DNA of 64,000 nucleotides, taken from assembly GCF_006345805.1 (NCBI RefSeq), contig NC_043018.1:3906001-3970000 (forward strand), in the 5' to 3' direction. The notes under the pieces were generated by a model, which searched no databases, was not told the DNA's origin, and saw only the letters and a list, made by a program, of their open reading frames with translations. Shown here one piece after another: positions 23,725 through 36,238 of this stretch (its first letter is position 1; every line of letters starts with the position of its first letter). A program made the position numbers and the translations under genes. This DNA is from Octopus sinensis (taxonomy: Eukaryota).

Positions 23725-24001
23725 ATCAAATCGACCAGGTTGAACCTCGTATCTGTTTCAGTTCGGTATTTATTGATCTATTTAATTATGATCCTTTCCA
23801 TCCATGAACAGGCTTGTATTCTAAAAAAAATCCCTGTCTGTACTTCACTGGTATTTTATTTTAGGGACCCCTGCAAAAGTGGAAGGCAAAAATTAACTTT
23901 GACAGGATTTGGAGAACTGGGAATATAAAGTGCTGTAACAAAATGCCTCAAGGTATATTGTCCAATGCATGATGAATGACTTGACCAATCCATTGGCATT
24001 T

Positions 24002-24037
<36 letters not shown>

Positions 24038-25358
24038 ATACTTATATCTTTTATCTTTTAATTGTTTTAGTGATGAGGCTGGTCATGCTGAGGCACCACG
24101 GTGAAGACTTTTTAGTTGAATGAGTTGACCCCAGGACTTCTTTTTAAAGTCTAGTACTTATTCTATCAATCTCTTTTGCCGAACTGCTAAGCTGTGGGAC
24201 GTAAACACCGAAACCAGTTGTCAAGCAGTGATGGAAGGACAAACACAGGTGAAAGTCACACACACATAGATATATGTATATATATACATACATATGTACG
24301 TATATGAAAAAAAATTAATATAGAGAGCTGTCTGCAATGTGTTACCAAAAAGGAAAACCTATAATTGTCACTAAATGTGACTAGGCTGTTAGAAACACCT
24401 ACATTGCTAGAAATAAGAGCTAAAATGCTCTGATGCTGTAGTTAAAGCACATAATTGTATACATATGAACTGACAGATTCGGTAATCACCTGAAAACATT
24501 GGTCGAGAAATTCCCTATACTGATGGGTCAGTTTCAGCTAATTTCTTAACCTCATCTGTAGGGACCACTTGATTCAGCTGCTTCTGGACTTCATTCTCTG
24601 TCTGTTCGTCTATATTCACCATAAAAATCTAAGAATGATTTAGCAAATCAATAATGTGTATAGAAACAATTGATATAGACAGCTGTGTGCAATATTGTAT
24701 ACACATATGATGGTCTCTCTTCTATTTCTGTCTCTGTAGGCTTTGGTTGGCCCGAGGTTATAGTAGAAGACACTTGCTCCTGGTGCCATGCAGTGGGACT
24801 GAACTTGGAACCAAGTGACTGCAAAGCAAGCTTCTTACCACACAGCTACTCATGTGTGAAACAAAAATGAGCCGAGAGAAATAACTCTGAGTGGCCAGTG
24901 GCATGTATTTGAACAATATTGACAAATACAGGTATACTAAATACCATACAACATAAATTCTGGATCTATTAAGATTACTCTGTCTCTAGATGCAGAGTAA
25001 ATTAAATAGATCAAGAATCATAATTCTCAAATGGCCATCAAGGCTGACTCTCATTCAGAAGGGGAGATAATCTCAAGAATCAAGGATTCTCCAATGGTGA
25101 CATGCCATTAAAGAAGAGGACAGGCTTATTGTTTGGAGATAAGAGGACAGTTGTAGACTCCTGTTTCTGTCTCAGTTGCTGTCTTCAGCACAGCAATCAC
25201 TCTAACCTTTCTCCAGTGACCAAGATACTTGGACTTTCCAAAGAGAGTTGAACATGTTTGTGGCTTGGGTAGTTTGTCCATCGGTGTTTCTGTAGAATTT
25301 CCAAAATGAAAGTTAAATGTTTTACTTCATTTTTTTCTATTTTGTTTTTCTCCTGCAG

Positions 25359-25469
25359 ATCTCTTGGCTTACAATGTCTAAGAAAGTTTCCCAACCAAAG
25401 ATTCAGTTCTGAAACTGCTTCCATAACAGAATCAACGAATGTAACCCCGGTAAAATCCAGACGTAAAAA
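25359..25469 (+). CDS. TRMT2B: TRMT2B-like exon 2: (R)SLGLQCLRKFPNQRFSSETASITESTNVTPVKSRRK(K)
   Basis: Long polypyrimidine tract plus ctgcag acceptor, donor AA|GTTTGT, 111 nt, phase 2 to 2. RFSS resembles a mitochondrial presequence cleavage site. Confidence 0.75.
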
Positions 25470-26299
25470 GTTTGTAATGTTTTTTTTTTGCTTGTTTGTT
25501 TTTGTATCATCATCATCATCATCATAATGCATAGGTTGTGGGCTACTTAAAAGTTCACTTCACAACTGCATGGTTTCAGGTTCGATTCCACTGAGTGGAA
25601 CTTGAGGTAGGTGTTTTCTGCTATAGTCTTGTCCCAGCCAATTGCTTGTGGGGGAAATTGGTGGAAAAACTGCAAAAGCCCAGTGTGTGTGTGTGTGTGT
25701 ACGCATGTGTGTGTGTGTGTGTGTAAGGCATGGCTGTGTGGTAAGAAGCATGCTTCCCAACCACATGGCTCTGGGTTCAATCCCACTGTGTGGCATCTTG
25801 GGCAAGCGTCTTCTACTTTAGCCTTGGGCTGACCGAAACCTTGTGAGTGGATTTGGTAGATGGAAACTGAAAGAAGCCTGTTGGAATTTACACCTTCATT
25901 TATGTTCCATGAAGTGTTAAAATGCCAGAAAGTAAAGAATTCAATGTAATTCCATAAATTCCACTCTTGGCATTAATGTATTATACTTTGGGACTTGTTT
26001 ATTTGCCTGGAATTTCCATTCTTGTGGACAGTTTTCATTAAGGTAAAACATCTGCTTGTATACACTCTCTTAGCCCTGGTATTCACAGGAGTTCTGACTG
26101 AGGGGTGCAGCTCTGATTTATTAATCTCTTATTTGTTATGTGTGTGTGTGAGTGAGTGTGTGTGTGTGTGTGTGGTGTGTGTGATGAGCAGTGGTGATAG
26201 TAATAGTGATGATGATGATGATTGTAGTACTGCTACTGATGGTGGTGGAGATGATGGTGATGATGATGATTATGATATGTAAAGTGTTGATAATGGTGA

Positions 26300-26330
<31 letters not shown>

Positions 26331-26639
26331 TATTATTATTAACTATTTCAGGAAGAAAAGGAAGTTCCTAGCCAGCCCTTCATACTGCAATTCAAAGGCA
26401 CAGGTGAACAAAAGTACAATCCACAATCAATTCCGACAGTAAGCTAATCAACTCATTAACTAATTAATTAATTTGAAATGAAATTGCCAAGTGTAGACAT
26501 GAGTAACTGATTGTGTGGTTAAAGGGGCTGAACAGGGAAAGTGGTGGTGGTCGTGGTTTTTTGTTGTTGTTGTTGAAGTTACAGCAGGTTAGTAATTCTG
26601 TTCAAAGTGATTGATGATTTATGATTTATGATACAAATC

Positions 26640-26975
26640 GTCAACAACTGGCACTCTATCGGTTCCTGCAACGAGGAATCCAGTTGATCCGATCAACAGA
26701 AGAATGGCCTGCTTGTGGAATTAACATGCAAGTGGCTGAGTGCTCCACAGACACACGCTTACCCATAATACAGTTCTCAGGGAGATTGAGTGTGACATGG
26801 TGAGTGACAAGGTTGGCCCTTTTGAATTACTATTGACTTTTGTCAGTAGGGTAGACTGGAGGAAACATGTAATGAAGTGTTTTGCTCAAGGATACAACAT
26901 ACTGCCAAGACTTGAACTCATGACTTTATGATTGTGAGCTGAATACTTTAACCGCTGAGCCATGTGCATTCACAA
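26640..26975 (-). mobile_element. tRNA-derived SINE family 3
   Basis: Head ...gtggttaaa...tcacaatcataaagtcatgagttcaag, cttgagcaa.acactt motif. Related copies at about 28738-28960, 42553-42740, 62600-62730. Confidence 0.7.
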
Positions 26976-27162
26976 ACCAGCAACAGTAGGAGCCATGAGG
27001 GTAGAGTCCGAGGATCATAAAATTCCGATGGTAATCCAGGTGGAATGGTGGTAAAGTTGTTCAGGAGAGGTATCAATGGTCCAAGAAGAGGGTAGGCGAA
27101 GAGATGAGGGTCCAAGAGAGGAGGAAATTCAGCCAGGAGGGATCAAAGTGGGGTAATATACT

Positions 27163-28335
27163 ATCATCATCATCATTTAACGTTTGCTTTCCATGCTAGC
27201 ATGGGTTTGGACAGTTTGACTGAGGACTGGCAAGCCTGAAGGCTGCACCAGGCTCCAATCTGATCTAGCAAGGTTTCTACAGATGGAGGCCCTTCCTAAT
27301 GCCAACGACTCCGAGAGTATAGTGGGTGCTTTTTACATGCCACCGGCACGGGAGCTAGTCAGATAGTACTGGCATCGGTCATGCCAATGATTTCACTTGA
27401 CTCAACAGATCTTCTTGAACATAGTTTACTCTTAAATGGGCCGGTTATGCTGCACTGGCATAGGCCACAGTTAAAATCTCACTTGGCTTGCCGGGTCTTC
27501 TCAAGCACAGTGTATCTCCAAAGGTCTCCATCGCTTATCATTACCTCTGTAAGGCCCAATATTCAAAGGTTGTGCTTCACCACCTCATCCCACGTCTTCC
27601 TGGGTCTATCTCTTCCACAGGTTCCCTCTACTGTTAAGGTGTGACACTTTTTCACACACCTGTCCTCATCCATATGCAACGCATGACCATACCACTGTAG
27701 TCGTCTCTCTTGCACACAGCATCTGATGCTTCTTATGTCCAACTTTTCTCTCAGGACGCTTACTCTCTGTCGTGCATGCACACTGACATTATACATCCAG
27801 AAGAGCATACTAGCTTCATTTCTTGTAAGCTTTCACATGTCCTTAGCATTCACAGCCCATGTTTCACTGCCATGTAGCATGGCTGTTTGCACACAGGCAT
27901 CATACAGTCTACCTTTCACTCTGAGCGAGAGGCCCTTTGTTGCCAGTAGAGGTAGGAGTTCTCTGAACTTTGCCCAACCTATTCTTATTCTAGCAGCTAC
28001 ACTCTCAGAGCATCCACCCCCACTACTGACTTGGTCACCTAGGCAACAGAAGCTATCAGCTACTTCTAGTTTTTTACCTTGGCATGTGACAGAAGCTGTT
28101 TTTTGCACATTTCAGTGTTTATTGCCCCTCTGCATCGGCCACACACAAAAACTATCTTCCCAGTTAGCTTTCCTTTGATATTACTGCACATCTTATGTGT
28201 CCATAGCTTACACCAGGTACATCTTATGGAGTTTCTACCTCTGCCTTTTCTACATATCAAACAGGGCCATCTACCACATATATGGTATATAAGCAGACAA
28301 GTGAACAGCCAAGCATGGCCTCAAAATCTGTTGTT
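27163..28335 (-). mobile_element. RTE-clade LINE 3' portion with (CAT)n-type tail
   Basis: ARIRIGWAKFRELLPLL...LHGSETWAV and RRLQWYGHALHM...GRPRKTW peptides. Its 3'UTR recurs as many short copies (about 660, 3030, 3830-3980, 4970-5160, 29860, 31915, 41805, 42290, 43885). Confidence 0.9.
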
Positions 28336-29257
28336 TTGATTTATGATATATAGCCAGGTAAATGGCCAGGCTTCACTCCATCTCCTATACTTGTTGTTTC
28401 TTTCATTATTGATCCCAATTTCCTATGGCTGAGGATCATACTGCATTCTCTGATATTTTTTTTTTGTTTCTTACTCAATGAAGAACTAAAGGACCCTTTG
28501 AGGAATGGGAGGATGGAAAGAGATATCCACAAACTGGAGATCTGGCCCAAATACCTGCAACAGAATGGACATTGTAAGGGTACCCCAAAGAACATGTAAT
28601 GGTTGCAAACTGGATCATAGCTTGAGTCTGCTACTCATGTAGGTCACAGCAAGATTTGAACTCAGAACACAAAGAACCGGACCAAATACCACTAGGTATA
28701 CCACCTAACACTGTAACATTACCATGTGTTTATTGCATGGCTTAGTGGTTAAGCTGTTGGACTCCTGATCGTAAGATTGTGGTTTCAGTTCCTGGACTGG
28801 GTGATGCATTGTGTTCTTCAGCAAGACACTTCATTTCATGTTGCTTCAGTCCACTCATCTGGCAAAAATGAGTTACCCTGCGAGGGACTGGTGTCCCATC
28901 CATGTGGAGTAATATATATGATGGAGAAACTGGCCTTATGCTGCTTACAGAGTTATGTGAAGTAACCCTATTGCCTAGACTTACGAGATATCTAGTGGGA
29001 GTTGGGGTATAAGTAGGGTGTATGGGGGTTTGTGTAGGTGTGTTGAATGGTGAGAAATGCTAGGATAAGAGAGTAAGGGGTGGTGTATTGGAGGGAGAGA
29101 GAGAGAGAGAGTGAAGGAGAAAAAGGAAAGAGAAAGAGGGTCTCATGAAATTTTCTATGGCATCCCTTGTTAGATTGGAAACAAGGCACAGTGAACTGAA
29201 GGCATTCACTTCTCTCTTTAGTCACATATTAATAACAACAACAACAGCAATAATAAA

Positions 29258-29835
29258 TGCCCTGATGCAGTACCAGGCAGTGGCTCTCATGGCTTCTGAT
29301 CTTAACTGATTGAAGTGTTATCATGTCCATTGTTTTGTCTTGGTATAAAAGATGGGCTACAGCAAATATTCTGCTCAATACCACAGATTTGCTTGTCAGT
29401 TGTTTGACCTTAACCAGTTGAGCATGTCCCTTAGTGGCTGACCATATGTGCATCTCTGATCACGAGCAGAAGTAGTGGGGGAGCATCATAGCCATGTGTT
29501 GAGAGGGATTCTTTGGGGTTTGAATAATTCACCTCTGGAAACATGGGTGGTTCTTTCAACATCCTTAAACAACCCTTATTCAGGGGCCTTTTGAGCGGCA
29601 TCGGTTATTCGACCTTATAAAATTCTAACTGAGCCCCACCTGCAAGGTCATGTGCTGTTTATCTTGATATGAGATCACCATGTCGTGCACATGGTTGTGA
29701 TGCATGTGCCTGGTGTACCCTTATCAGACGAGTAGTCATGATGGGTATATTGGGCTTTGTATATTTTACCCCAGTGTCACTTTGATGGCATGAACTGCTC
29801 TCTCACTCAATAATAATAATAATAATAATAATAAT
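29258..29835 (+). mobile_element. Interspersed repeat with (AAT)n tail (probable LINE 3'UTR family)
   Basis: Partial copies at about 31750-31880 (-) and 61100-61440 (+). Confidence 0.7.
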
Positions 29836-30025
29836 TATGATGATGACAATCATCATCATCATCATCATCATTTAACGTCCGCTTTCCATGCTAGCATGGG
29901 TTGGACGGTTCAACTGGGGTCTGGGGAGCCCGAAGGCTGCACCAGGCCAGTCAGATCTGGCAGTGTTTCTACAGCTGGATGCCCTTCCTAACGCCAACCA
30001 CTCCGAGAGTGTAGTGGGTGATTTT

Positions 30026-30211
30026 ATGTGCCACCGACACAGGTGCCAGACGAGGCTGGCGAACGGCCACGCTCGGATGGTGTTTTTATGTGCCACCGAC
30101 ACAGGTGCCAGACGAGGCTGGCGAACGGCCACGCTCGGATGGTGTTTTTATGTGCCATCGACACAGGTGCCAGACGAGGCTGACGAACGGCCACGATCGG
30201 ATGGTGTTTCT
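30026..30211. repeat. 62-bp tandem repeat x3 inside an RTE 3'UTR copy
   Basis: Units start ATGTGCCA at 30026, 30088, 30150. Confidence 0.9.
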
Positions 30212-30392
30212 TACGTGCCCACAGCACGGAGGCCAGTCGATGCGGTACTGGCTACGGCCACGTTCGGATGGTTTTCTTGTGTGCCACCGGCACTGGTACC
30301 ACAAAGATACAAATTCCATTGATGTTCATCTATTTTGATTTGATTTGATTTGATTTTCACTTGCCTCAACAGGTCTTCACAAGTGTCACGAC

Positions 30393-30432
<40 letters not shown>

Positions 30433-30699
30433 GTTATGTAAGGTGGCAAGCTGGCAGAATTGTTAGCATGCTGGACAAAATGCTTAGCAGTATTTCACCC
30501 GTCGCTATGTTCTGAGTTCAAATTCCACTGAGGTCGATTTTGCCTTTTGCCCTTTTGGGGTTGATAAATTAAGTACCAGTTATGTACTGGGGTCGATGTA
30601 ATCAAATTTACCCTTCCCACTAAATTTCAGGCCTTATGCCTATAGTAAAAAGGATTATCATTATGATTTTTAATAACTTTTCTTCTCCCTTGTTTTCAG

Positions 30700-30754
30700 A
30701 GTTGCCCTTTCTGTGACCCCTTTATATATGATGTCCTACGATGCACAGTTAGAG
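30700..30754 (+). CDS. TRMT2B: TRMT2B-like exon 3: VALSVTPLYMMSYDAQLE
   Basis: Acceptor ttttcag, donor GAG|GTGAGA. Matches the TRMT2 motif VTPLWxxSYEEQL. Confidence 0.92.
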
Positions 30755-33135
30755 GTGAGATTCCTGTATTTCCTTTTCCCTTCCACCTGTTTTTCTTCTT
30801 TTGATTGTTATTGTTTTGTTGTGCCCCATGGTGGCCCAAGTATTACAGACCAATAATAAAAGGCATTACAGCCATGACCATTTCATCATTTTCCTTCCCC
30901 CACCATAAACGTAAATATATCTAGGACTACATTATCGAATGTGTCAGATCTGTTCTTAAGGCAACAGTGCTAGACTTAATATATGACCTTGTTTAATGCA
31001 TAGAAATAGATGCCAACATGGCTGTGTGGATAAGACCTTTGCTTCCCAACCACATGGATCCAGGTTCACGCACACGATGCAGCAACCTGGGGGGAACTGT
31101 CTTTATTTTTACAGCTTTGGGTCAGCTAAAGTGTTGTGAGTGGATTTGCCAGACGGAAACTGAAGGCAGCTCATTCTATCCTCCTCCTCCTCCTCACCAT
31201 CATTTTATGTCCGTTTTCCATTCTTGCATGGATAGGAAGGGTTGATAGAATTCAACAGAGCAGAGGGCTACATCTCACTCCCCTGTCTCATTCCTAGCCT
31301 GGTCGCTAAGGCTCCGTGCTCCCTTCCTGACACGACTTACTTTAACAGAGTGGACTGGATGCATTTTTCATGGCACCCGTGTTGTAGGGGTTACTTTGTC
31401 ATCTTTGTACCAAAGAGTGCACTGAAGCTATGCCTTGTCTCTGCTTCAATTCCTTATTAATCCCTTACAAAGTGTTCTGGGTGCTTTTCATGGTCTTACC
31501 AATGTTGGGTTTCCTTCCAGCTCGCAAAGTAAAAGAGATCCCCTATAATGAATGGAATAGCTTTTTTTTTTTTGGTGGGAGAGGATGGTAATAGAAAGAA
31601 TTACCCTGTGTAACATGATTTTTGTCCTTGGGTAGTGACTATTATTTCTTATTTACTTAACCCTAGAAAATATGAAAAATGATTTATATAACCTTTACAC
31701 TTAGCTTTTGCTGTATTCATTAAAATCTCAAAGAATCCCATCATGCTTCTCCAATATTCCTGCTCATGATCAGAGATGCACATATTGTCAGCCACCAAGG
31801 GACAGGCTTGGGTAGTTAAGGTCAAGCAATTGACAAGCAAATCTTTGGTATTAAGCAGAATATTTGCTATAATGATATTTATGCTGTAGCACTTTGGCGC
31901 TGAATCTGTCTGAAATCATCATCATCATCATTTAATGTCCACCTTCCATGCTAGCATGGGTGGGACAGTTTGACAAGAGCCAACCAGGCAGAAGAAATTC
32001 TGTGACTGTTTTGGCAAGATTTTCACAGCTGGATACCCTTCCTAACACCAACCACTCAGCAGAGTGGACTTAGTGCTTTTTATGTGGCACAAGCGCAGGC
32101 GAGGTCAGTTTTGGCAAGGTTTCTACAGCTGGATGCCCTTCCGAACACCAACCACTTACAGTGTGGACTGGGTACTTTTTAAGTGGCACCTGCACTGACA
32201 GGGTCACCATGTACTTGCAAGACAAAAGAAAAAAGAAGTCAATTTCAAAACATCGGTGTCCAGGTCAGAAAAGCAAAGTTTGAAAGGAAGAGTGGTGATT
32301 TCCATTGATTTCTGGATAGAAGCAAATAAGAAATAACATTTTCTGGCCAAAGACAAAAAAAAGATAAAAATAAAAATTTTGTTAGACTGGGCTCTGAAAT
32401 CATGCAGTGAACCTTTTAACCATAGGCAAAGCTGTTAAAATCTGGAAATATGTAAGGGGAATAACTTCAATAAGAACAATTGATTGAAATTTGGGAGAAT
32501 AATTTTACTTAGGTTCTTCGGCCTACTATCATGTATTGAGAGACTAGGTATATTCAACCAGGTCATAATTCATTGTCTCAGTTAAAAATTAAAAAGCAGC
32601 GATATAAGGGAGGTAACTCATGCAAGATCAATTTATCGAACTGTTTGCTTCATCGTTATCGTCAGCGTCATCATTTTCACTTCCATTTTTCTATACTTGC
32701 ATGGGTCAGACAAGAATTCATCAAGGCAGATTTTCTATGGAGGGAGTAAGTCGATGCTAGTGTTCAACTGGTGCTTGTTTTATCGACCCTGAAAGGATGA
32801 AAGGCAAAGTCAACCTCGGCTGGATTTGAACTCAAAAACTCAAAAACGAAGATGGACAAAATGCCTAGCAGCATTTCGTCTGGCCATTCTTGGGATTCTG
32901 AAAGGGTCACCACGTTGCCATAAAGAAATACTACCTTGCTTGGAAGCAGGAGAGTGTTGATGGAGGGAATGGCATCTGATTTTGGAAATTGTGCTCCTGC
33001 GAACTGTCAGACACATTGGGAAGGCATTGGAAAGGCATAGCAGACATTAAAGCAGTGGTGGTGGTGGTGGTGGTGGTGGTGCCGATGATGATGATGATGA
33101 TAATGATGTCTTTTCTTGTTTGTTCTTCATTGCAG

Positions 33136-33279
33136 TACAAGAACAGGGAAATCCAGGATGTCCTGCAGAAAATGATGAATCGTTTTGTCTGTTACCAGCA
33201 GTATCCTCTCTCAGACAAAATGATAGAAAACCTGAAGAACTTTCATCTGATGTGTCCACTGGAACCCTGTTTACCATCT
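33136..33279 (+). CDS. TRMT2B: TRMT2B-like exon 4: YKNREIQDVLQ...MCPLEPCLPS
   Basis: Acceptor ttgcag, donor TCT|GTGAGT, 144 nt, phase 0 to 0. Joins exon 5 to give the conserved PSPVINGYR. Confidence 0.9.
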
Positions 33280-33386
33280 GTGAGTGAAGGTTTTGATAAT
33301 CATTGCTTGTAGAAATGAGGCGGGAAGATCTGTTTGATGGAAGTGGGACAGACTAAGAACCATCATATATATATATATATATATAT

Positions 33387-33590
33387 GTGACCTCGTGTGT
33401 ACCGTTGGCGATTTTTTTCCTCTGTCTTCCCTTCTCCGGATCTTTCCTTCTCCTATGTTTCCGACGAAGAGCTCTGCTTGAAACGTTAAACCCTCCGTCT
33501 TCCCTTCTTTCCTGAGCGTCCAATAATACTTTATTTGTTCCACATCCTCACGTTGTTGTGTTTTTTTGTGTTTTCTTGTTTGGATTAACT
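33387..33590 (+). mobile_element. Penelope-type pLTR-like solo element, related subfamily
   Basis: (TA)n on both flanks, hammerhead fold. Downstream ttcctgagcgt..aatac resembles ttcccgagcgt..aatac of the 17.6-kb family. Confidence 0.6.
33457..33491 (+). ncRNA. Minimal type I hammerhead fold with CCGACGA core, sense strand of TRMT2B intron 4
   Basis: GTTT-CCGACGA-A-GAGC-TCT-GCTT-GAAAC-GTT-AAAC. Confidence 0.55.
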
Positions 33591-33746
33591 ATATATATAT
33601 ATATATATATATATAGGTGTATAAAAGTTGAATTTGGATTTGTCCTTTAATTTGGAAGTTTCCAAAAATGATTTCTAATGTTGATTCTTCATACTTTGCT
33701 GGGAGTTTACAGGCGTAAATTTGCGAAGATATGAAAGTAGCATTTG

Positions 33747-33920
33747 TATATAATATATGGTGAATTTATGAATGAAGTCCCATAAAACTCATCAATTTTA
33801 GTTAAAAACTGAGCAGACAAGTTGTCAAAATATATTTTAACAACTTATCTCCACCATTTTTTAACTAAAATTGATGAGTTTTATGGGACTTCATTCCATA
33901 AATTCACCATATATTATATA
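33747..33920. repeat. Near-perfect palindromic MITE/hairpin
   Basis: About 62-bp arms (33747-33808 vs 33857-33920), and the spacer is itself partly palindromic. Confidence 0.88.
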
Positions 33921-33939
33921 TATATATATATACATACAC

Positions 33940-34138
33940 GTCACTAAAGTGAACAAGGGCACTAATCAGCAACAGTGTTGCTAGAAATAAGAGTCAAACC
34001 AACTGAATAGCCACAGATAGCATTTGTTAATGAACTGACAAGGGAGACAACCTCCCTGTGGTTGCAGGTATCGAGTTGTTTTGACTCCTATTTCTAGCAG
34101 TACTGGTGCTGATTAGTGCAATTGTTCACTTTAGTGAC
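33940..34138. repeat. MITE with about 59-bp imperfect inverted arms
   Basis: GTCACTAAAGTGAACAA...GAGTCAAA vs TTTGACTC...TTGTTCACTTTAGTGAC. Confidence 0.85.
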
Positions 34139-34267
34139 AAATACGATGATGATAATGAAGATTTAGCTTGTAATATTGCAAATTAGCCACCCACATTGTA
34201 TGTGTGTGTGTGTGTATTTAAAAACGCTGATGAATCGATTTCAGATTTTTTTGTTTTGTTTTTGCAG

Positions 34268-34358
34268 CCTGTTATCAATGGGTATCGTTCCAAAGATGAG
34301 GTCACAACCGGGAAAGGGGTCGATAACAATGTGGCAGTCGGACTCACTGTCGGAAAAG
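34268..34358 (+). CDS. TRMT2B: TRMT2B-like exon 5: PVINGYRSKDEVTTGKGVDNNVAVGLTVGK(G)
   Basis: Acceptor ttttgcag, donor G|GTAATC, 91 nt. GYRxK motif of the TrmA/RlmD family. Confidence 0.93.
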
Positions 34359-34669
34359 GTAATCCTCTCATTTATCCATCAGTTTTTATCCGTCTGTCTC
34401 TCATGCCCCGCCTCCTCGTCCTTGATCATCATCACCATCATTGTCATCATCATTTTAATGCCTGCTTCTCCATGCTTGTATGGAACAGACGACGGCAGAG
34501 ATTCCACAGAGGGATGCTCTTCCCGTTGCTTACCTCCACCTGGTTCCAAGCAAGCTAAATATTTGCTCTTGGCCAACCATGTTCTTCACTAAAGACCAGA
34601 AACGGACAACATTCCTCGTATGATGATCATGATGCTTGCTTGCAACCATCACATGATGTCAAAACAAGG

Positions 34670-34704
<35 letters not shown>

Positions 34705-34728
34705 ACACACACACACACACAAACACAC

Positions 34729-34767
<39 letters not shown>

Positions 34768-35355
34768 AAACACACACACACAGACAAACACAAACACACA
34801 CACACGCACGCACACACACACACAATGTGTGTGATTCTCCGTTTGTTTTGTTTGTTTGTTTTTTGTGTCTTTGTTGCCGTACACATTCGCTAGCTTTCTT
34901 ACAAAGGGGTCTAATGCTCTTAGCTTAGACTTTTTTAGGGTGCAACCAGATCTAACCATCCCAAGTGTAACTGCATATACGAACACAGAACGCGTGTCGA
35001 TAGCCAGCTGGAAAAGATGTTTTCCTGGGGCTTAAACAGCAGTAGCATTGTCCTTTATAGGACAGCCACATTCTGTTGGCCAATAAACTTTACTATATGC
35101 ATATATATTTATGTGGAAGTATTCATTATGTCTTAAAACAACAAACACACATGGAGGGTGTATATTCATGATGCTGTTGCATTCAGACTATTTCAATGTG
35201 GGGGTGGCTTAAATCAAGGGGATTAGTGCAGTTAAGTCAGTTCTTTAATCAGAACCCACTTCTTTTATGTCCTGTGTCAGCCATTGCGATGACAGCTGGT
35301 CAACAATTTCCCTGTTGGACGTCTGCAGCCATTCAGTCATTTATGTTTCTGAAAG

Positions 35356-36062
35356 AAAGTCTGAGAGCGGAGAGGAATCAGCCTCAACACCAAGCTGAAA
35401 GTCTACCGGGCAGTCGTGCTTACCACCCTACTATACGGCTGCGAGACGTGGACTGCTTATCGAAGGCACGAGCGCCAGATAAACCACTTCCACCTCAGGT
35501 GTCTTCGGAACCTCCTTCACATCCGCTGGCAGGACAAAGTCCCAGACACGGAAGTTCTGAAGCAGGCAGATCTCCCTCACACCATCACGATCATGCGCAA
35601 GGCCCAGCTGAGATGGGCGGGCCACGTCTCCCGCATGTCTGACACTCGCATCCCAAAACAGCTCTTCTACGGTGAACTCAGCCAGGGCAAATGCAAAGTC
35701 GGAGGGCAGAAGAAGCACTTCAAGGACAGTCTCAAGGTCTCTCTCAAAGACTTCTCCATCGGCACAGAGACTTGGGAGACACTTGCTGCCGACCGCTCAT
35801 CCTGGCGCAGCGCAATCACCACAGGAGCAGGGACAGCTGAGGAGGGACGGATTCGGTCAGCAGAGCAGAAACGCCAGATGCGGAAAGCCAGAGCCGCCTG
35901 CACCAGTAGCACGGCCCCTACCCACTTCTGCCCCACCTGTGGGAGGGGCTTCCTTGCCTGGATTGGCCTCACCAGCCACCCCCGGTCTCATAGCGGCAGT
36001 TCCACCAGATGATGTCAGTGGTCATCTTCGAACCCGAAGGACGAACATTATTATTATTATGT
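35356..36062 (+). mobile_element. RTE (BovB-like) LINE 3' fragment with uninterrupted 198-aa ORF
   Basis: LLYGCETW...HLRCLRNLLHIRWQD...LRWAGHVSRM..RIPKQLFYGEL...CPTCGR, 3' end gtcatcttcgaacccgaaggacgaac(ATT)n. Confidence 0.92.
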
Positions 36063-36238
36063 TTCTGATGGGTTTACTTGGTAAATGCCAACACAAGTAC
36101 AAAACTTGATCCTTAACGTATTACTGGTAGCAGGTTGGTAATTAACTCTGGCTTTCTTCTCTCTATAGAGAACATGAAGAGCAAGTCAGCTCAAGTGGGA
36201 TTTGAACTTAGAATCATGATTAATACTTTCATAATACT

